A stretch of 64,000 bases of DNA from an uncultured Thermoleophilia bacterium (GCA_942490795.1 CALNYH010000014.1:79957-143956), one strand, 5' to 3'; positions 30,649 through 40,142 are shown, counted from the first letter of the stretch. The notes: a model not told the origin generated them from the sequence alone. Made by a program: numbers and translations.

Positions 30649-32414
30649 GGCTCGATCAGGAACAGGGGCTGTCCGAACTCGACCGGTTCGGCGTTCTCGA
30701 CGAGGATCTCGCGCACCGTCCCGCCGGCCTCGCAGACGATCTCGTTGAAGAGCTTCATGGCCTCGATCAGGCAGACGGCCTCACCCGGCTCGATCCGCTG
30801 TCCGATCTCCACGAAGGGCGCGGATTCGGGTGACGACGCCCGGTAGAACGTGCCGACCATCGGGCTCTCGATCCGCTCGAGGCCCGAGTCGGCGGCGGCG
30901 TCGCGGCCCCCGGCCGACTCGCCCGGCTCGCCCGGGGCGGCCGCGGCGGCGGGATCGACCCGCCGCACCGTGACGCGGGCACCGGCGACCTCGACGCTGA
31001 CCTCGGCGCGCTGGGTGGACTCGACGACCTCGACCAGCGTGTCGAGCAGCTGGCGGTCGATCCCGTGCGACTCGACCTCGGCCCCCGCCTCGGCCCCGAG
31101 CGAGCGGCGCCGCGCGACGAGCGGCTCGACCGACTCGCCGAACTGGGCCCAGAGCACCGAGTCCTCGTCGGAGAGCCCGGCCGGCGCGGCGTCGGCGACC
31201 GCGGCGAGATCGCGGAGCGGCGACTCGGGCGGCTCGGCCTCGCGCGCCGCCGACACCACCTCGTCGCTCGGCGTGACCCGGAGCGGACCGAGACGGCCCA
31301 GCGCCACGGCCGCCAGGACCGGCTCGATCTCGGCCCAGCGCTCACCCTCGATCACGTGGCGTGCCGCCTGGGCCACGATGGGCAGGCCGAGCGGCGACGC
31401 GAACGTGGCCCCGCCGACCTCGGCCGCGACCCGGGCGGCCTCGTCCGCGGCCTCGTGGAGGGTGCGCGAGAGGCCGAGCCGGCCGAGGCGCGACACCAGC
31501 GCGGCCTCGAGGTGCGGCGGGATCGCGAGCGCCGGCCCGAACACCGCGGCGGCGGCCTGCCGGAGCCGGTCGGCGGCGAGCATCGGGCCGACGACGCGGC
31601 CGGCGTGGTCGACGGCGTCGGCGTCACATGCCAGGCGTCGCGGGCTGCCCTCGAGCGCGGCGCGGAGCGTCTCGGCTGACGGACGCGCCGCCAGCATCGC
31701 GACCGGTCCGGCGGATGCGTGCACGGCGGCCGCCCCCGCATGCACCGCGGCCGTCGCGGCGAGCGGGGCGAGCCCGCCCGGCGCCTGCACCTGGACCTCG
31801 ATCGGCACGGTGATCGACGCCGAGACCGCCCTGATCATGCTGCCCAGCATGTCCGGCGCGAGGAATCCGCCCGGATCGCTGATGCACAACGCCGCCGCGC
31901 CGGGAAGCGCGGCGAGCGCCTCGGCCTCGGCGACCCAGCGCGCATCGCCCGACTCGGGGGACGGGCCGATCGTGAGCGTCGGCACGAACACGGCGCCGGC
32001 TTCGGCGGTCGCCTTGGCGAGCGACTCGATCGCGGCCACATCGTTGAGCGCGTCGGCGACGCGCACCCGACGGGCGCCGCTCTCGACCGCGCAGAGCACG
32101 AACCGACGGGCGACGTCGGCCGCGACCGGCTCCTCGCCCCAGAGGGTCCGCGCGATCAGGACGATCCCGACCGGCGTCGCGCCCACCTCGCGGACGATCG
32201 CCCGAAGACGATCCCATGGGCTCTCGCGGCGGGTCTCGATGGCCGCCCGTGCGCACCGCGGGTCCAGGGCCTCGACGACCGAGGCGCCGACGTCGGCCAG
32301 GCTGCCCGCCACGGCCGCGAGATCGTCGGTTCCGATCGTGCCGCCCCACGGGAGCGGTGCCAGATCGCGAAGCGTTGCGTCGACGTAGGCGACGCTCGTA
32401 TCGGCGGCGGTCAT
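30645..32414 (-). CDS. PycB/OadA-like carboxyltransferase-fold domain (metal ligands substituted) fused to a biotin carboxyl carrier domain
   Basis: The N-terminal ~450 aa align by eye to the HMGL-like/PYC_OADA fold (TLRD..., ESPWDRLRAI, RVADALND). The C-terminus is a biotinyl domain with EAMKLFNEI. ATGA overlaps on both sides (efp and accC). Confidence 0.85.
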   Translation of the reverse strand: MTAADTSVAYVDATLRDLAPLPWGGTIGTDDLAAVAGSLADVGASVVEALDPRCARAAIETRRESPWDRLRAIVREVGATPVGIVLIARTLWGEEPVAADVARRFVLCAVESGARRVRVADALNDVAAIESLAKATAEAGAVFVPTLTIGPSPESGDARWVAEAEALAALPGAAALCISDPGGFLAPDMLGSMIRAVSASITVPIEVQVQAPGGLAPLAATAAVHAGAAAVHASAGPVAMLAARPSAETLRAALEGSPRRLACDADAVDHAGRVVGPMLAADRLRQAAAAVFGPALAIPPHLEAALVSRLGRLGLSRTLHEAADEAARVAAEVGGATFASPLGLPIVAQAARHVIEGERWAEIEPVLAAVALGRLGPLRVTPSDEVVSAAREAEPPESPLRDLAAVADAAPAGLSDEDSVLWAQFGESVEPLVARRRSLGAEAGAEVESHGIDRQLLDTLVEVVESTQRAEVSVEVAGARVTVRRVDPAAAAAPGEPGESAGGRDAAADSGLERIESPMVGTFYRASSPESAPFVEIGQRIEPGEAVCLIEAMKLFNEIVCEAGGTVREILVENAEPVEFGQPLFLIEP

Positions 32415-32968
32415 ACGCGTGTCACGTACTCGCGGCTGCGGGTGTCGACCCGGAGCCGGTTGCCCTGCTCGACGAACAGCGGCACCTGGATGGTGGCACC
32501 GGTCTCGAGCTCGGCGGGCTTGAAGACGTTGCTGACGGTATCCCCGCGAACACCGGGGTCCGTCGCGGCGACCTCGAGCTCGACGAACGTCGGGAGCTCG
32601 ATCCGCAGGGGCCGCTCGCGCACGAACAGCACCTGGACGTCGGTGTTCGGTGCGAGCAGGTCGTCGTTGTCCACGCTGGCCGCGGACACCGGGAGCTGTT
32701 CGTACGTCTGGTTGTCCATCAGGACGAGCTCATCCCCGTCGCGGTACAGGAACTGCATCGTTCGCTGCTCGGTCGTCACCCGTTCGAGTTTCTCACCGGC
32801 GCGGAAGGTGCGATCGACGACCGCCCCGCTCACGAGATTCTTCAGCTTCGTGCGGACGAACGCCCCGCCCTTGCCGGGCTTGACGTGCTGGAACTGGACG
32901 ACCGACACCAGGTCGCCGTCGATGTCGAGCACGTAGCCGTTCTTGAGATCGTTGGTCGTGATCGCCAT
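32411..32968 (-). CDS. efp: translation elongation factor P
   Basis: MAITTNDLKNGYVLDIDGDLVSVVQFQHVKPGKGGAFVRTKLKN; 185 aa. Confidence 0.95.
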   Translation of the reverse strand: MAITTNDLKNGYVLDIDGDLVSVVQFQHVKPGKGGAFVRTKLKNLVSGAVVDRTFRAGEKLERVTTEQRTMQFLYRDGDELVLMDNQTYEQLPVSAASVDNDDLLAPNTDVQVLFVRERPLRIELPTFVELEVAATDPGVRGDTVSNVFKPAELETGATIQVPLFVEQGNRLRVDTRSREYVTRV

Positions 32969-32986
32969 GCCCCCTCCTTCCTCGCG

Positions 32987-34087
32987 TCAGCCGCGAGCCG
33001 TCATCGGCGGCTCGTCGCCCGCCCCATGTGGGAATCCGCTCAACACGCGGTGGCCGTCATCGGTGACCAGGACGAGGTCCTCGATGCGAACGCCACCGAG
33101 CCCCTCCAGGTAGACGCCGGGCTCGACGGTGATCACCATGCCCGGTCGCAGCACCTCCGTGCCCGTGCGCCTGATGCCGGGGCGCTCGTGGATCTGGACC
33201 CCCACACCGTGCCCGAGCCCGTGAACGAAGTGTTCCCCGAGCCCCGCTTCGGTGATGACGCCCCGTGCGATCTTGTCGAGCTCGGCCCCGCTCACCCCCG
33301 GCCGCACCGCCTCGAGCGCCAGCCGGTGGGCGCGCGCGCACGCGGCGTAGGCGGCACGGAGCGCGTCCGGCGGCGTGCCGGTCGAGAAGGTCCTGGTCAT
33401 GTCGGAGCAGTACCCGTCCACGCGCGCACCCAGGTCGAACGTGACCAGGGTGTCGGCGAGGATCGGCTCCCGCGAGGGCATGGCGTGGGGCAGTGCGCCC
33501 CGCGGACCCGATGCGACGATGGGGTCGAAGCTCGCCCCCTCGGCCCCCTCGTCGATCATGGTCGCGACGACGTCCGTGGCGACATCCGCCTCCCGGCGAC
33601 CGACGACCCCGCCCGCAAGCACGCGCTCGAGCGCCCGGTCGGCGACCTCGGCCGCGCGCCGGATTCGCGCCAGCTCGTCGTCGTCCTTGACCACGCGAAG
33701 GTCCTCGACGAGATCCGCGACGGGGACGAGCGTGGCGTCTCCTGCGACGGCGCGGAGGCGCTCGAAGCGCGCCAGCGTCACGTGCTCGGACTCGACGCCC
33801 ACGCGCCCCGCGGGCGCGAGCTCGGCGATCGCGACGCCGATCGCCTCACGAAGGTCCCGCTCGCCGATCACGACCTCGGCACCGCGAACCTCCTCGCGCG
33901 CGCTGGTCGCGTACCGGCCGTCGGTCACGAGCCGGGCGCCGCGGGGCCCGATCACCGCGACGCCGTTGTCGCCCGAGTACCCGGTCAGGTACGCGAGGTT
34001 CGGATCGAAGGTGACCAGCATCGCGTCGACACCTTGCGCCTCGAGGCCGGCGACGAGCCGCTCGGCGCGGGAGGCCGACTCGCTCAC
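32987..34087 (-). CDS. Xaa-Pro aminopeptidase/dipeptidase (M24B)
   Basis: Metal-ligand context DLGARVDGYCSDMTRT, HGLGHGVG, TVEPGVY. GTG start in a GTGA overlap with aroQ. Confidence 0.9.
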   Translation of the reverse strand: MSESASRAERLVAGLEAQGVDAMLVTFDPNLAYLTGYSGDNGVAVIGPRGARLVTDGRYATSAREEVRGAEVVIGERDLREAIGVAIAELAPAGRVGVESEHVTLARFERLRAVAGDATLVPVADLVEDLRVVKDDDELARIRRAAEVADRALERVLAGGVVGRREADVATDVVATMIDEGAEGASFDPIVASGPRGALPHAMPSREPILADTLVTFDLGARVDGYCSDMTRTFSTGTPPDALRAAYAACARAHRLALEAVRPGVSGAELDKIARGVITEAGLGEHFVHGLGHGVGVQIHERPGIRRTGTEVLRPGMVITVEPGVYLEGLGGVRIEDLVLVTDDGHRVLSGFPHGAGDEPPMTARG

Positions 34088-34542
34088 GCGAGCCTCGCCG
34101 ACAGCAGGTCGAGCGCGTCGCGATAGCCGTCGGGGCCCCTGCCCCACACCGCGTCGGCGGCCACGTCGCGCACCACCGAGATGCGCCGGTGGGGCTCACG
34201 CGCCTCGATGTCCGAGAGGTGGACCTCGACGAACGGCGCGCCGAGCAACTCGAGCGCGTCGCGGATCGACCACTGGTAGTGGGTCCAGGCGCCGGGGTTG
34301 ACGACCGCCCCGTCGACGATCCCCGCCAGGCCGTGCACGTGCTGGACGAAGGCGCCGGGATCGTCGGTCTGGAAGCACCCGACCCGCATGCCGCGCTCGG
34401 CCCCCCATGCCCGGACCCGGTCCTCGAGCTCGCGCAGGGTCAGGGTGCCGTAGTGCGCGCTCGGCCGACGCCCCAGCTGGCCGAGGTTCGGCCCGTGCAG
34501 GAGCGCGATCCGCCACGTGTCGCGCGCGTCCAGGTCGCTCAC
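34084..34542 (-). CDS. aroQ: type II 3-dehydroquinate dehydratase
   Basis: LLHGPNLGQLGRR...YGTLTL, NPGAWTHYS-like, VEVHLSDIEAREPHR. GTGA overlap with aroB. Confidence 0.9.
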   Translation of the reverse strand: MSDLDARDTWRIALLHGPNLGQLGRRPSAHYGTLTLRELEDRVRAWGAERGMRVGCFQTDDPGAFVQHVHGLAGIVDGAVVNPGAWTHYQWSIRDALELLGAPFVEVHLSDIEAREPHRRISVVRDVAADAVWGRGPDGYRDALDLLSARLA

Positions 34543-35633
34543 GCAAGCACCTCGGCGACCGCCGCTCGGAGCATCCGGGCGGGCGGGTCGACACCGAGCC
34601 GGACCGAGCCCGGGGCGTCGATGAGGACCATGTTCAGGGACCTGCCGTCCGACTTCTTGTCGCGGGCGGCGGCGGTCAGGACGTCGTCGACGGCGACCAC
34701 GCCGTCCAGCCGCGTGGGGAGGCCGTGTCGGGAGAGGACCTCGGCCGTGCGGGTCCGCCAGGACGGATCCAGCCCGCAGAGCTCCTCCGAGAGGCGGAGG
34801 ACCGGCATCAGGCCGACGGCGACGGCCTCGCCGTGGGTCACGCCCGTGTAGCCGAGCGCCGCCTCGATGCCGTGCGCGACGGTATGACCGAGGTTGAGGG
34901 ACGCGCGCCGCCCGTGATCGTGCTCGTCGTCGGCGACGACCTCGACCTTGTGGGCGACGCACCGGAGGATCAGCTCCCCCAGGCGGTCCTGCGGACCGGG
35001 AAGCGCCGGCCACGACTCGACGAGCGCGAACAGGTCCGGTCCGTCGAGCAGGCCGTACTTGACGACCTCGGCGAACCCCGAGGCCAGCTCGCGGGCGGGA
35101 AGCGTCGCCAGCGTGTCCGTGTCGATCAGGACGAGGTCCGGCTGCCACACGGCGCCGACGTAGTTCTTGCCCTCGGGGATGTCGACCCCGGTCTTCCCGC
35201 CGATGGCCGAGTCGACCATCGCCAGCAGGGTCGTGGGGACGTGCGCCAGCCGGACCCCGCGCTGGTAGGACGCCGCCAGGAACCCGGCCAGATCACCGAT
35301 CACGCCCCCGCCGAGCGCGACCACCCCGTCGCGGCGGCGAAGGCCCGCGGACGCGGCGAGGCGAGCCAGACGCTCGAGCTCCGAGAGCGACTTCGACGAC
35401 TCGCCCGGCGGGACCGGCGCGGCCACGACCCGCAGCCCCGCGGCCGACAGCGATTCCCCTGCCCGCGCCGCGATCGTCGCGACGTTGGCGTCGTGCACGA
35501 GGAGCACCGCATCGCCCGTGGCGCCATCGGCCCAGCGTTCGCCGAGGCTCGCGAGGCCGCCGGAGTCCAGGTACACGGGGTACCCACGGTCGCCGACCCG
35601 GGCCTCGATCGCCGGCCTCATCCCGATCGTCAT
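34539..35633 (-). CDS. aroB: 3-dehydroquinate synthase
   Basis: GGGVIGDLAGFLAASYQRGV, DSAIGGKTGVD, HTVAHGIE; 364 aa. Confidence 0.9.
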   Translation of the reverse strand: MTIGMRPAIEARVGDRGYPVYLDSGGLASLGERWADGATGDAVLLVHDANVATIAARAGESLSAAGLRVVAAPVPPGESSKSLSELERLARLAASAGLRRRDGVVALGGGVIGDLAGFLAASYQRGVRLAHVPTTLLAMVDSAIGGKTGVDIPEGKNYVGAVWQPDLVLIDTDTLATLPARELASGFAEVVKYGLLDGPDLFALVESWPALPGPQDRLGELILRCVAHKVEVVADDEHDHGRRASLNLGHTVAHGIEAALGYTGVTHGEAVAVGLMPVLRLSEELCGLDPSWRTRTAEVLSRHGLPTRLDGVVAVDDVLTAAARDKKSDGRSLNMVLIDAPGSVRLGVDPPARMLRAAVAEVLA

Positions 35634-36145
35634 CCGGTGACGCCCACGGTGTGCTGCGACGCGAACGCCAGCACCCGCTCGACGACCTCCGCGAGCGGGG
35701 CGTCCGCATCGATCTCGATGTCCGATGCCTCGCGATACCCGGCCTCTCGCGACGCCGCGCGTCGCTCGAACCGATCACGATCCGTGGCGAGCGGGCGGTC
35801 CGACCCGCGCACGCGTTCCCACGCGACATCCGCGCTCGGGCGGAGCCAGACGACGGCGGGAGTCCTGGCGAGCAGACCCCTCGTCTTCGTGCTCTCGAGC
35901 GCCCCGCCGCCGAGGGCCAGGACGCCGGCGGGCTCCTCGGCCAGCAGCTCGCGCACCACCCGCTCCTCGGTGCGGCGGAACCACAGCTCGCCCTTGCGCG
36001 CGAAGATCTGCGGGATCGTCATCTCGGACCGCGCGGCGATCTCGTCGTCGAGATCGACGAAACGCACGCCGACCCGCGCGGCCACGGTGGCGCCGACAGT
36101 GCTCTTGCCGGCGCCCATGTAGCCGGTCAGGACGAGCCATGGCAT
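35630..36145 (-). CDS. aroK: shikimate kinase
   Basis: LTGYMGAGKSTVG P-loop and FVDLDDEI; 171 aa. Confidence 0.9.
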   Translation of the reverse strand: MPWLVLTGYMGAGKSTVGATVAARVGVRFVDLDDEIAARSEMTIPQIFARKGELWFRRTEERVVRELLAEEPAGVLALGGGALESTKTRGLLARTPAVVWLRPSADVAWERVRGSDRPLATDRDRFERRAASREAGYREASDIEIDADAPLAEVVERVLAFASQHTVGVTG

Positions 36146-36149
36146 CGGG

Positions 36150-37310
36150 TCAGTCGCGGACGGTCGCGCGGTAGGCGCTCACGGCCTCGTCGAGCTGCGC
36201 GATCGAATCGCCCCCGAACTTGTCGATGAGCGCCTGCGCCAGCACGAACGCGAGCGCGGCCTCCGCGACGACCGCCGCGGCCGGCACCGCGCAGATGTCC
36301 GCGCGCTCGCGGAACGCCTTGCGCGGTTCCTTGGTCGCCACGTCGACCGAGTCGAGCGGACGCGAGATGGTCGAGATCGGCTTCATGACGGCCCGGACGA
36401 CCACCGGCATGCCATGTGTCATGCCCCCCTCGATCCCACCGGAACGGTTCGTGCGCCGGTGGTAGCCGACCTCCTCGTCCCAGTAGATCTCGTCGTGGGC
36501 GCGGCTCCCGCGCATTCCCCCGAGCTCGAATCCGGCCCCGAGCTCGACCCCCTTGATGGCCTGGATGCCGAGCATCGCCTGACCGATGCGCCCGTCGAGT
36601 CGCAGGTCCCCGCTCACGTGTGACCCGAGCCCGGGGAGCGGATCGAAGGCCCAGACCTCGAAGACCCCGCCGAGGCTGTCGTGGGACTGCCCGGCGCGCT
36701 TGATCTCGGCGACCATCGCGTCGGTCGTGACGCGATCGAGGCACCGCGCCGGGCTGTCGTCGACACCGTCGAAGTCGGCGAGGCGAAGGTCGGGTCGCGG
36801 CTCCGCGACCACGTCGCCGATGCGCACGACGTGGCTTCGCAACTCGGTCCCGTACCGGCGCAGGAGCGCCTTCGCGACGCCGCCCGCCGCCACTCGCGCG
36901 GCGGTCTCGCGCGCGCTCGCGCGCTCCAGGATCGGCCGCAGATCGTCGGTCCGGTACTTGAGCATCCCCGCAAGGTCGGCATGACCCGGGCGCGGCAGGG
37001 TGATGGGGTCCACCTCGCGCTCCGGCGCCCAGACCGCCATCCGGTCCTCCGACCAGTTCGGGAAGTCGAGGTTCGGGATCTCCATCGTGAGCGGGCTGCC
37101 GATGGTGCGACCATGGCGGAGTCCGGTCATCACCTGCACCCGGTCGCGCTCGATCTTCATCCGCCCGCCGCGGCCGTAGCCGAGTTGACGCCGGGCGAGG
37201 TCGGTGTCGATGTCGTCCGGGGCGAGTTCGAGACCGGCCGGAAGGCCCTCCACCATGGCGAAGAGCGCCGGGCCGTGCGACTCCCCGGCTGTCCGGTAGG
37301 TCAAGGCCAT
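36150..37310 (-). CDS. aroC: chorismate synthase
   Basis: YRTAGESHGPAL, GRGGRMKIE, RSGGIEGGMT; 386 aa. Confidence 0.95.
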   Translation of the reverse strand: MALTYRTAGESHGPALFAMVEGLPAGLELAPDDIDTDLARRQLGYGRGGRMKIERDRVQVMTGLRHGRTIGSPLTMEIPNLDFPNWSEDRMAVWAPEREVDPITLPRPGHADLAGMLKYRTDDLRPILERASARETAARVAAGGVAKALLRRYGTELRSHVVRIGDVVAEPRPDLRLADFDGVDDSPARCLDRVTTDAMVAEIKRAGQSHDSLGGVFEVWAFDPLPGLGSHVSGDLRLDGRIGQAMLGIQAIKGVELGAGFELGGMRGSRAHDEIYWDEEVGYHRRTNRSGGIEGGMTHGMPVVVRAVMKPISTISRPLDSVDVATKEPRKAFRERADICAVPAAAVVAEAALAFVLAQALIDKFGGDSIAQLDEAVSAYRATVRD

Positions 37311-37365
37311 GACCGCGGGAGTCTAGTGGAGCGCGAGCCGACCTTCGCCGCGGCCCGCAGACGGC

Positions 37366-37722
37366 TCAGCCCGCGATCGCGGCGCCCGTCGCGAGCCCGA
37401 GACCCGCCAGCGCGAGCCCGAGGAGCGCCTGGCCGAGGACGTTGGCGACCGCCGCGCGCGGTCGCCCGGCGTCATGGAGGGCGACGGTGTCGACCATCCA
37501 GGTGGAGAACGTCGTGAACGCGCCGAGGAGGCCGGCGCCGAGCACGACCATCCAGTCGCCGTCGACGCCCGCGCCCGCCATGACCCCGAGCGCGAGCCCG
37601 CCGGACACGTTGATCATGGCGATCCCCGTCGCCCCGCCGATCCAGGCCGCGAGCGTGACCCGGGCCATGCTCCCGAGCGCACCGGCGACCGCCACCGCCG
37701 GCCAGAGCGCGAGCCCGCTCAT
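37366..37722 (-). CDS. crcB: fluoride channel CrcB/FluC subunit
   Basis: 118-aa four-TM protein with GAFTTFSTW. ATGA overlap with the paralogue upstream. Confidence 0.85.
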   Translation of the reverse strand: MSGLALWPAVAVAGALGSMARVTLAAWIGGATGIAMINVSGGLALGVMAGAGVDGDWMVVLGAGLLGAFTTFSTWMVDTVALHDAGRPRAAVANVLGQALLGLALAGLGLATGAAIAG

Positions 37723-38111
37723 CGCGTCGCTCCGAGCAGTCTGCCGGTGAGCCGGACGGCGCCGAACGCGATCACCAGGCCGGCCGCGATCGACCCCGCG
37801 CCGTACGCGGCGGCGGGCACGAACCCATCCTCGCCCGCCAGGCGGACGACCTCGACCTGCAGGGTCGCGAAGGTCGTGAGCGCGCCGCAGAGCCCACCGC
37901 CGACGAGAGCCGCGAGCCGCCCCGACGGCCGGAACCGTGGGAGCGTCGCGATCAGGCCCGCGAGGATCGCGGTCCCCACCAGGTTCGCGACCAGCGTGGC
38001 GACCGGCCAGCCCGGCGCGTCCCCGGCCAGGTCGTCGAGCCCGACGCGGAGGCTCGCGCCGATCGCGCCGCCGAGACCGACGGCCAGGGTCGAGGGCACC
38101 GGCAGGGCCAC
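37719..38111 (-). CDS. crcB: fluoride channel CrcB/FluC subunit
   Basis: 130-aa four-TM protein with GALTTFATL and the ANLVG motif. Forms a tandem pair (heterodimer-type arrangement). Confidence 0.85.
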   Translation of the reverse strand: MALPVPSTLAVGLGGAIGASLRVGLDDLAGDAPGWPVATLVANLVGTAILAGLIATLPRFRPSGRLAALVGGGLCGALTTFATLQVEVVRLAGEDGFVPAAAYGAGSIAAGLVIAFGAVRLTGRLLGATR

Positions 38112-38166
38112 GCGCGCAGGCTACCCTCCAGCGCAGCCGGGACGAACGCGGGACACGGGGGGCGCA

Positions 38167-38571
38167 ATGACCGAGGAGGACGATGCGCGAGGCGAGGGTG
38201 CGAGGCCGGCGGTCCCGCGCATCCGGGGCTCCGCGCCACGCGCCTACGTCGCGGCGCGTGCGCTTCGCTGGCGCGCGGGGAAGGCACCTCAGGGCGGCGT
38301 GCCGCACGGCGAGGCGATGCGGTTCCTGCGCAACCTGACCGAGCAGATGCAGGACGAGCAGGGCACGCTCGTCCGCTCCATGCTCGACGAGGGGCGCATC
38401 CGCGCCCGCCGGCTCGCCCCGGTCGACGGGGTGGTCTGGCGCCTCCCGGGCGCGCGGATCTTCGCCATCCAGGGGATGGCGCCGTTCCTGGTCCCGGATC
38501 CGCCGGCGCCGAGCGACGCGACCGGCGCCGACGATGCGACCGATGCGCCGGAGTCCTCGGCGGGCGGGTGA
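38167..38571 (+). CDS. hypothetical protein (134 aa)
   Basis: ATG at 38167. The central region has realistic composition (FLRNLTEQMQDEQGTLVRSMLDEGRIRARR). No family recognised. Confidence 0.45.
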   Translation: MTEEDDARGEGARPAVPRIRGSAPRAYVAARALRWRAGKAPQGGVPHGEAMRFLRNLTEQMQDEQGTLVRSMLDEGRIRARRLAPVDGVVWRLPGARIFAIQGMAPFLVPDPPAPSDATGADDATDAPESSAGG

Positions 38572-38597
38572 TCGCCGCCGCCCGGCGGACGATGCGC

Positions 38598-38984
38598 TCA
38601 GGGGCTCAGGACCTCGTCGAGTCGATCGTAGCGGTCGATCGCGCAGCTGTTCTCGCGCCCGATCACGAGCTCCAGCTCCCTGCCGCCGAGGATCCCGTCG
38701 ATCGTGATGGTCTCGGGACCGCCGTACACCTCGGCGCAGTTCTCCTCGGGGTCGGGCACGAGCGCGGGAAGGAGCCGCGCGATCTCCGCGCACAGCGAAC
38801 GGTCACCGCTCGCGCAGTCGAGCGTGTAGCGGACCGCCTGCCCTGACGGCTCGCCTCGCGTGACCTCCAGGCGGTCCTGGGGTTCCTCGGCCGTGCTCGC
38901 GCCGCCACCCCCGCCACCGCACCCGGCGAGCACCAGGCAGACCAGGATCGCCGGTGCCGCCGAGGAGCCGAGCAGGAGGCGCAC
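38598..38984 (-). CDS. lipoprotein, unknown function (four conserved-looking Cys)
   Basis: Signal peptide with lipobox LVLAGCGGG. The mature part is Cys-containing and acidic. Confidence 0.65.
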   Translation of the reverse strand: MRLLLGSSAAPAILVCLVLAGCGGGGGGASTAEEPQDRLEVTRGEPSGQAVRYTLDCASGDRSLCAEIARLLPALVPDPEENCAEVYGGPETITIDGILGGRELELVIGRENSCAIDRYDRLDEVLSP

Positions 38985-38995
38985 CGTTCGACGCC

Positions 38996-39211
38996 TCAGG
39001 TGCCGAGCGTGACGATCGGCTGGACGTCGTCGAGCATCGCGGGAGCGTAGAGATCGACGGTCTCGACGGTGTCGCCGGAGACGCGCATCTCGACGCGAAG
39101 GCGCTCATGGCGATGAAGCCGCTCGTGGAACTCGCGTGCGCGGTCCACCGAGTCGAACTCGACGGTCAGATAGGTGTCGGCGGACGTGCGGACGAGCACC
39201 CCGTGGCGCAT
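38996..39211 (-). CDS. hypothetical small protein (71 aa)
   Basis: MRHGVLVRTSADTYLTVEFDSVDRAREFHERLHRHERLRVEMRVSGD... has realistic composition. The rest of the 253-aa ORF is antisense junk. Confidence 0.45.
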   Translation of the reverse strand: MRHGVLVRTSADTYLTVEFDSVDRAREFHERLHRHERLRVEMRVSGDTVETVDLYAPAMLDDVQPIVTLGT

Positions 39212-39425
39212 CCGGGCCTCCCCTCGGTCGGACGGTGTCTCGGCCAAAGTGTCACAGACCGGAAGCCGACGGCGCGCGAGGCACCCCCTCCGATCCCGGC
39301 CACCGCCCGGGGCGTCTGGGACACTGGCGCACCATGGGGATGGCCGGGACCGAGAACGCGGGCGGCCCGGGTCGGCGCGAAGGGGTCCAACCCCTTCGGC
39401 GGGTGTGAGAGGGCGGGGTGGCGAG

Positions 39426-40142
39426 ATGGCGGTCGATCGCGGACGGACGGGTCGCTCCTGGCACGCCGAGGCGCATCGCTCGACGAGGGTCGGATGGATC
39501 CGCGCGGCGGTGCTCGGTGCCGACGACGGGATCCTCTCGACGGCGAGCCTCGTGCTGGGCGTCGCCGCCGCCGGCTCGTCCTCCGGTGCCGTGCTCGTCG
39601 CGGGCGTCGCGGGGGTGACGGCGGGTGCGCTCTCGATGGCCGCCGGCGAGTATGTCTCGGTCAGCTCACAGCGCGACGCCGAGGAGGCGGATCTGCGCCG
39701 CGAAGGACGTGAGCTCGACGCGCACCCGCAGGAGGAGCTCGACGAGCTCACGAGCATCTACGTGGCGCGTGGGATCGCCCCGGACCTGGCTCGCCAGGTC
39801 GCCGTCCAGCTGAGCGCCGCTGATGCGCTCGAGGCGCACGCGCGAGACGAGCTCGGGCTCGACGAGCTGACCATGGCGCGTCCGCTCCAGGCGGCGATGG
39901 TGTCGGCGACCGCGTTCACGCTCGGGGGGCTGATCCCGCTGCTCGCCATCACGCTCGGCGACGCGCTCCGCGTCGGGCTCACCTGGGCCCTCACCCTCCT
40001 CGCGCTCGTCGGGCTCGGTGCCCTCGGCGCCTACCTGGGTGGCGCTCCGCCCCTTCGCGCCGGGGCCCGGGTGCTCCTCCTCGGGGTCGCCGCGCTCGTC
40101 GTCAGCTCGGCCATCGGGGCCATCGTGGGCCAGGCCGTGTGA
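39426..40142 (+). CDS. VIT1/CCC1 family iron/manganese transporter
   Basis: RAAVLGADDGILSTASLVLGVA, SMAAGEYVSVSSQRD, a cytoplasmic acidic helix region, and C-terminal TM segments. Confidence 0.85.
   Translation: MAVDRGRTGRSWHAEAHRSTRVGWIRAAVLGADDGILSTASLVLGVAAAGSSSGAVLVAGVAGVTAGALSMAAGEYVSVSSQRDAEEADLRREGRELDAHPQEELDELTSIYVARGIAPDLARQVAVQLSAADALEAHARDELGLDELTMARPLQAAMVSATAFTLGGLIPLLAITLGDALRVGLTWALTLLALVGLGALGAYLGGAPPLRAGARVLLLGVAALVVSSAIGAIVGQAV

Noticed and set aside
38112-38166. Possible fluoride riboswitch (crcB motif) upstream of the tandem crcB genes.
   Set aside because: The 55-nt leader does not show the conserved GGCGAUG...CCGCC...GCUGAUGAUGCCUAC-type elements as I recall them. Only a vague GCUG...GGGUAGCC resemblance exists. 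It needs an Infernal scan to settle.
39212-39425. Possible yybP-ykoY (Mn) riboswitch or other leader upstream of the VIT-family transporter.
   Set aside because: No recognisable conserved GGGGAGUAG / GAGAGAC-type blocks were found. Only generic GC-rich hairpins are present.
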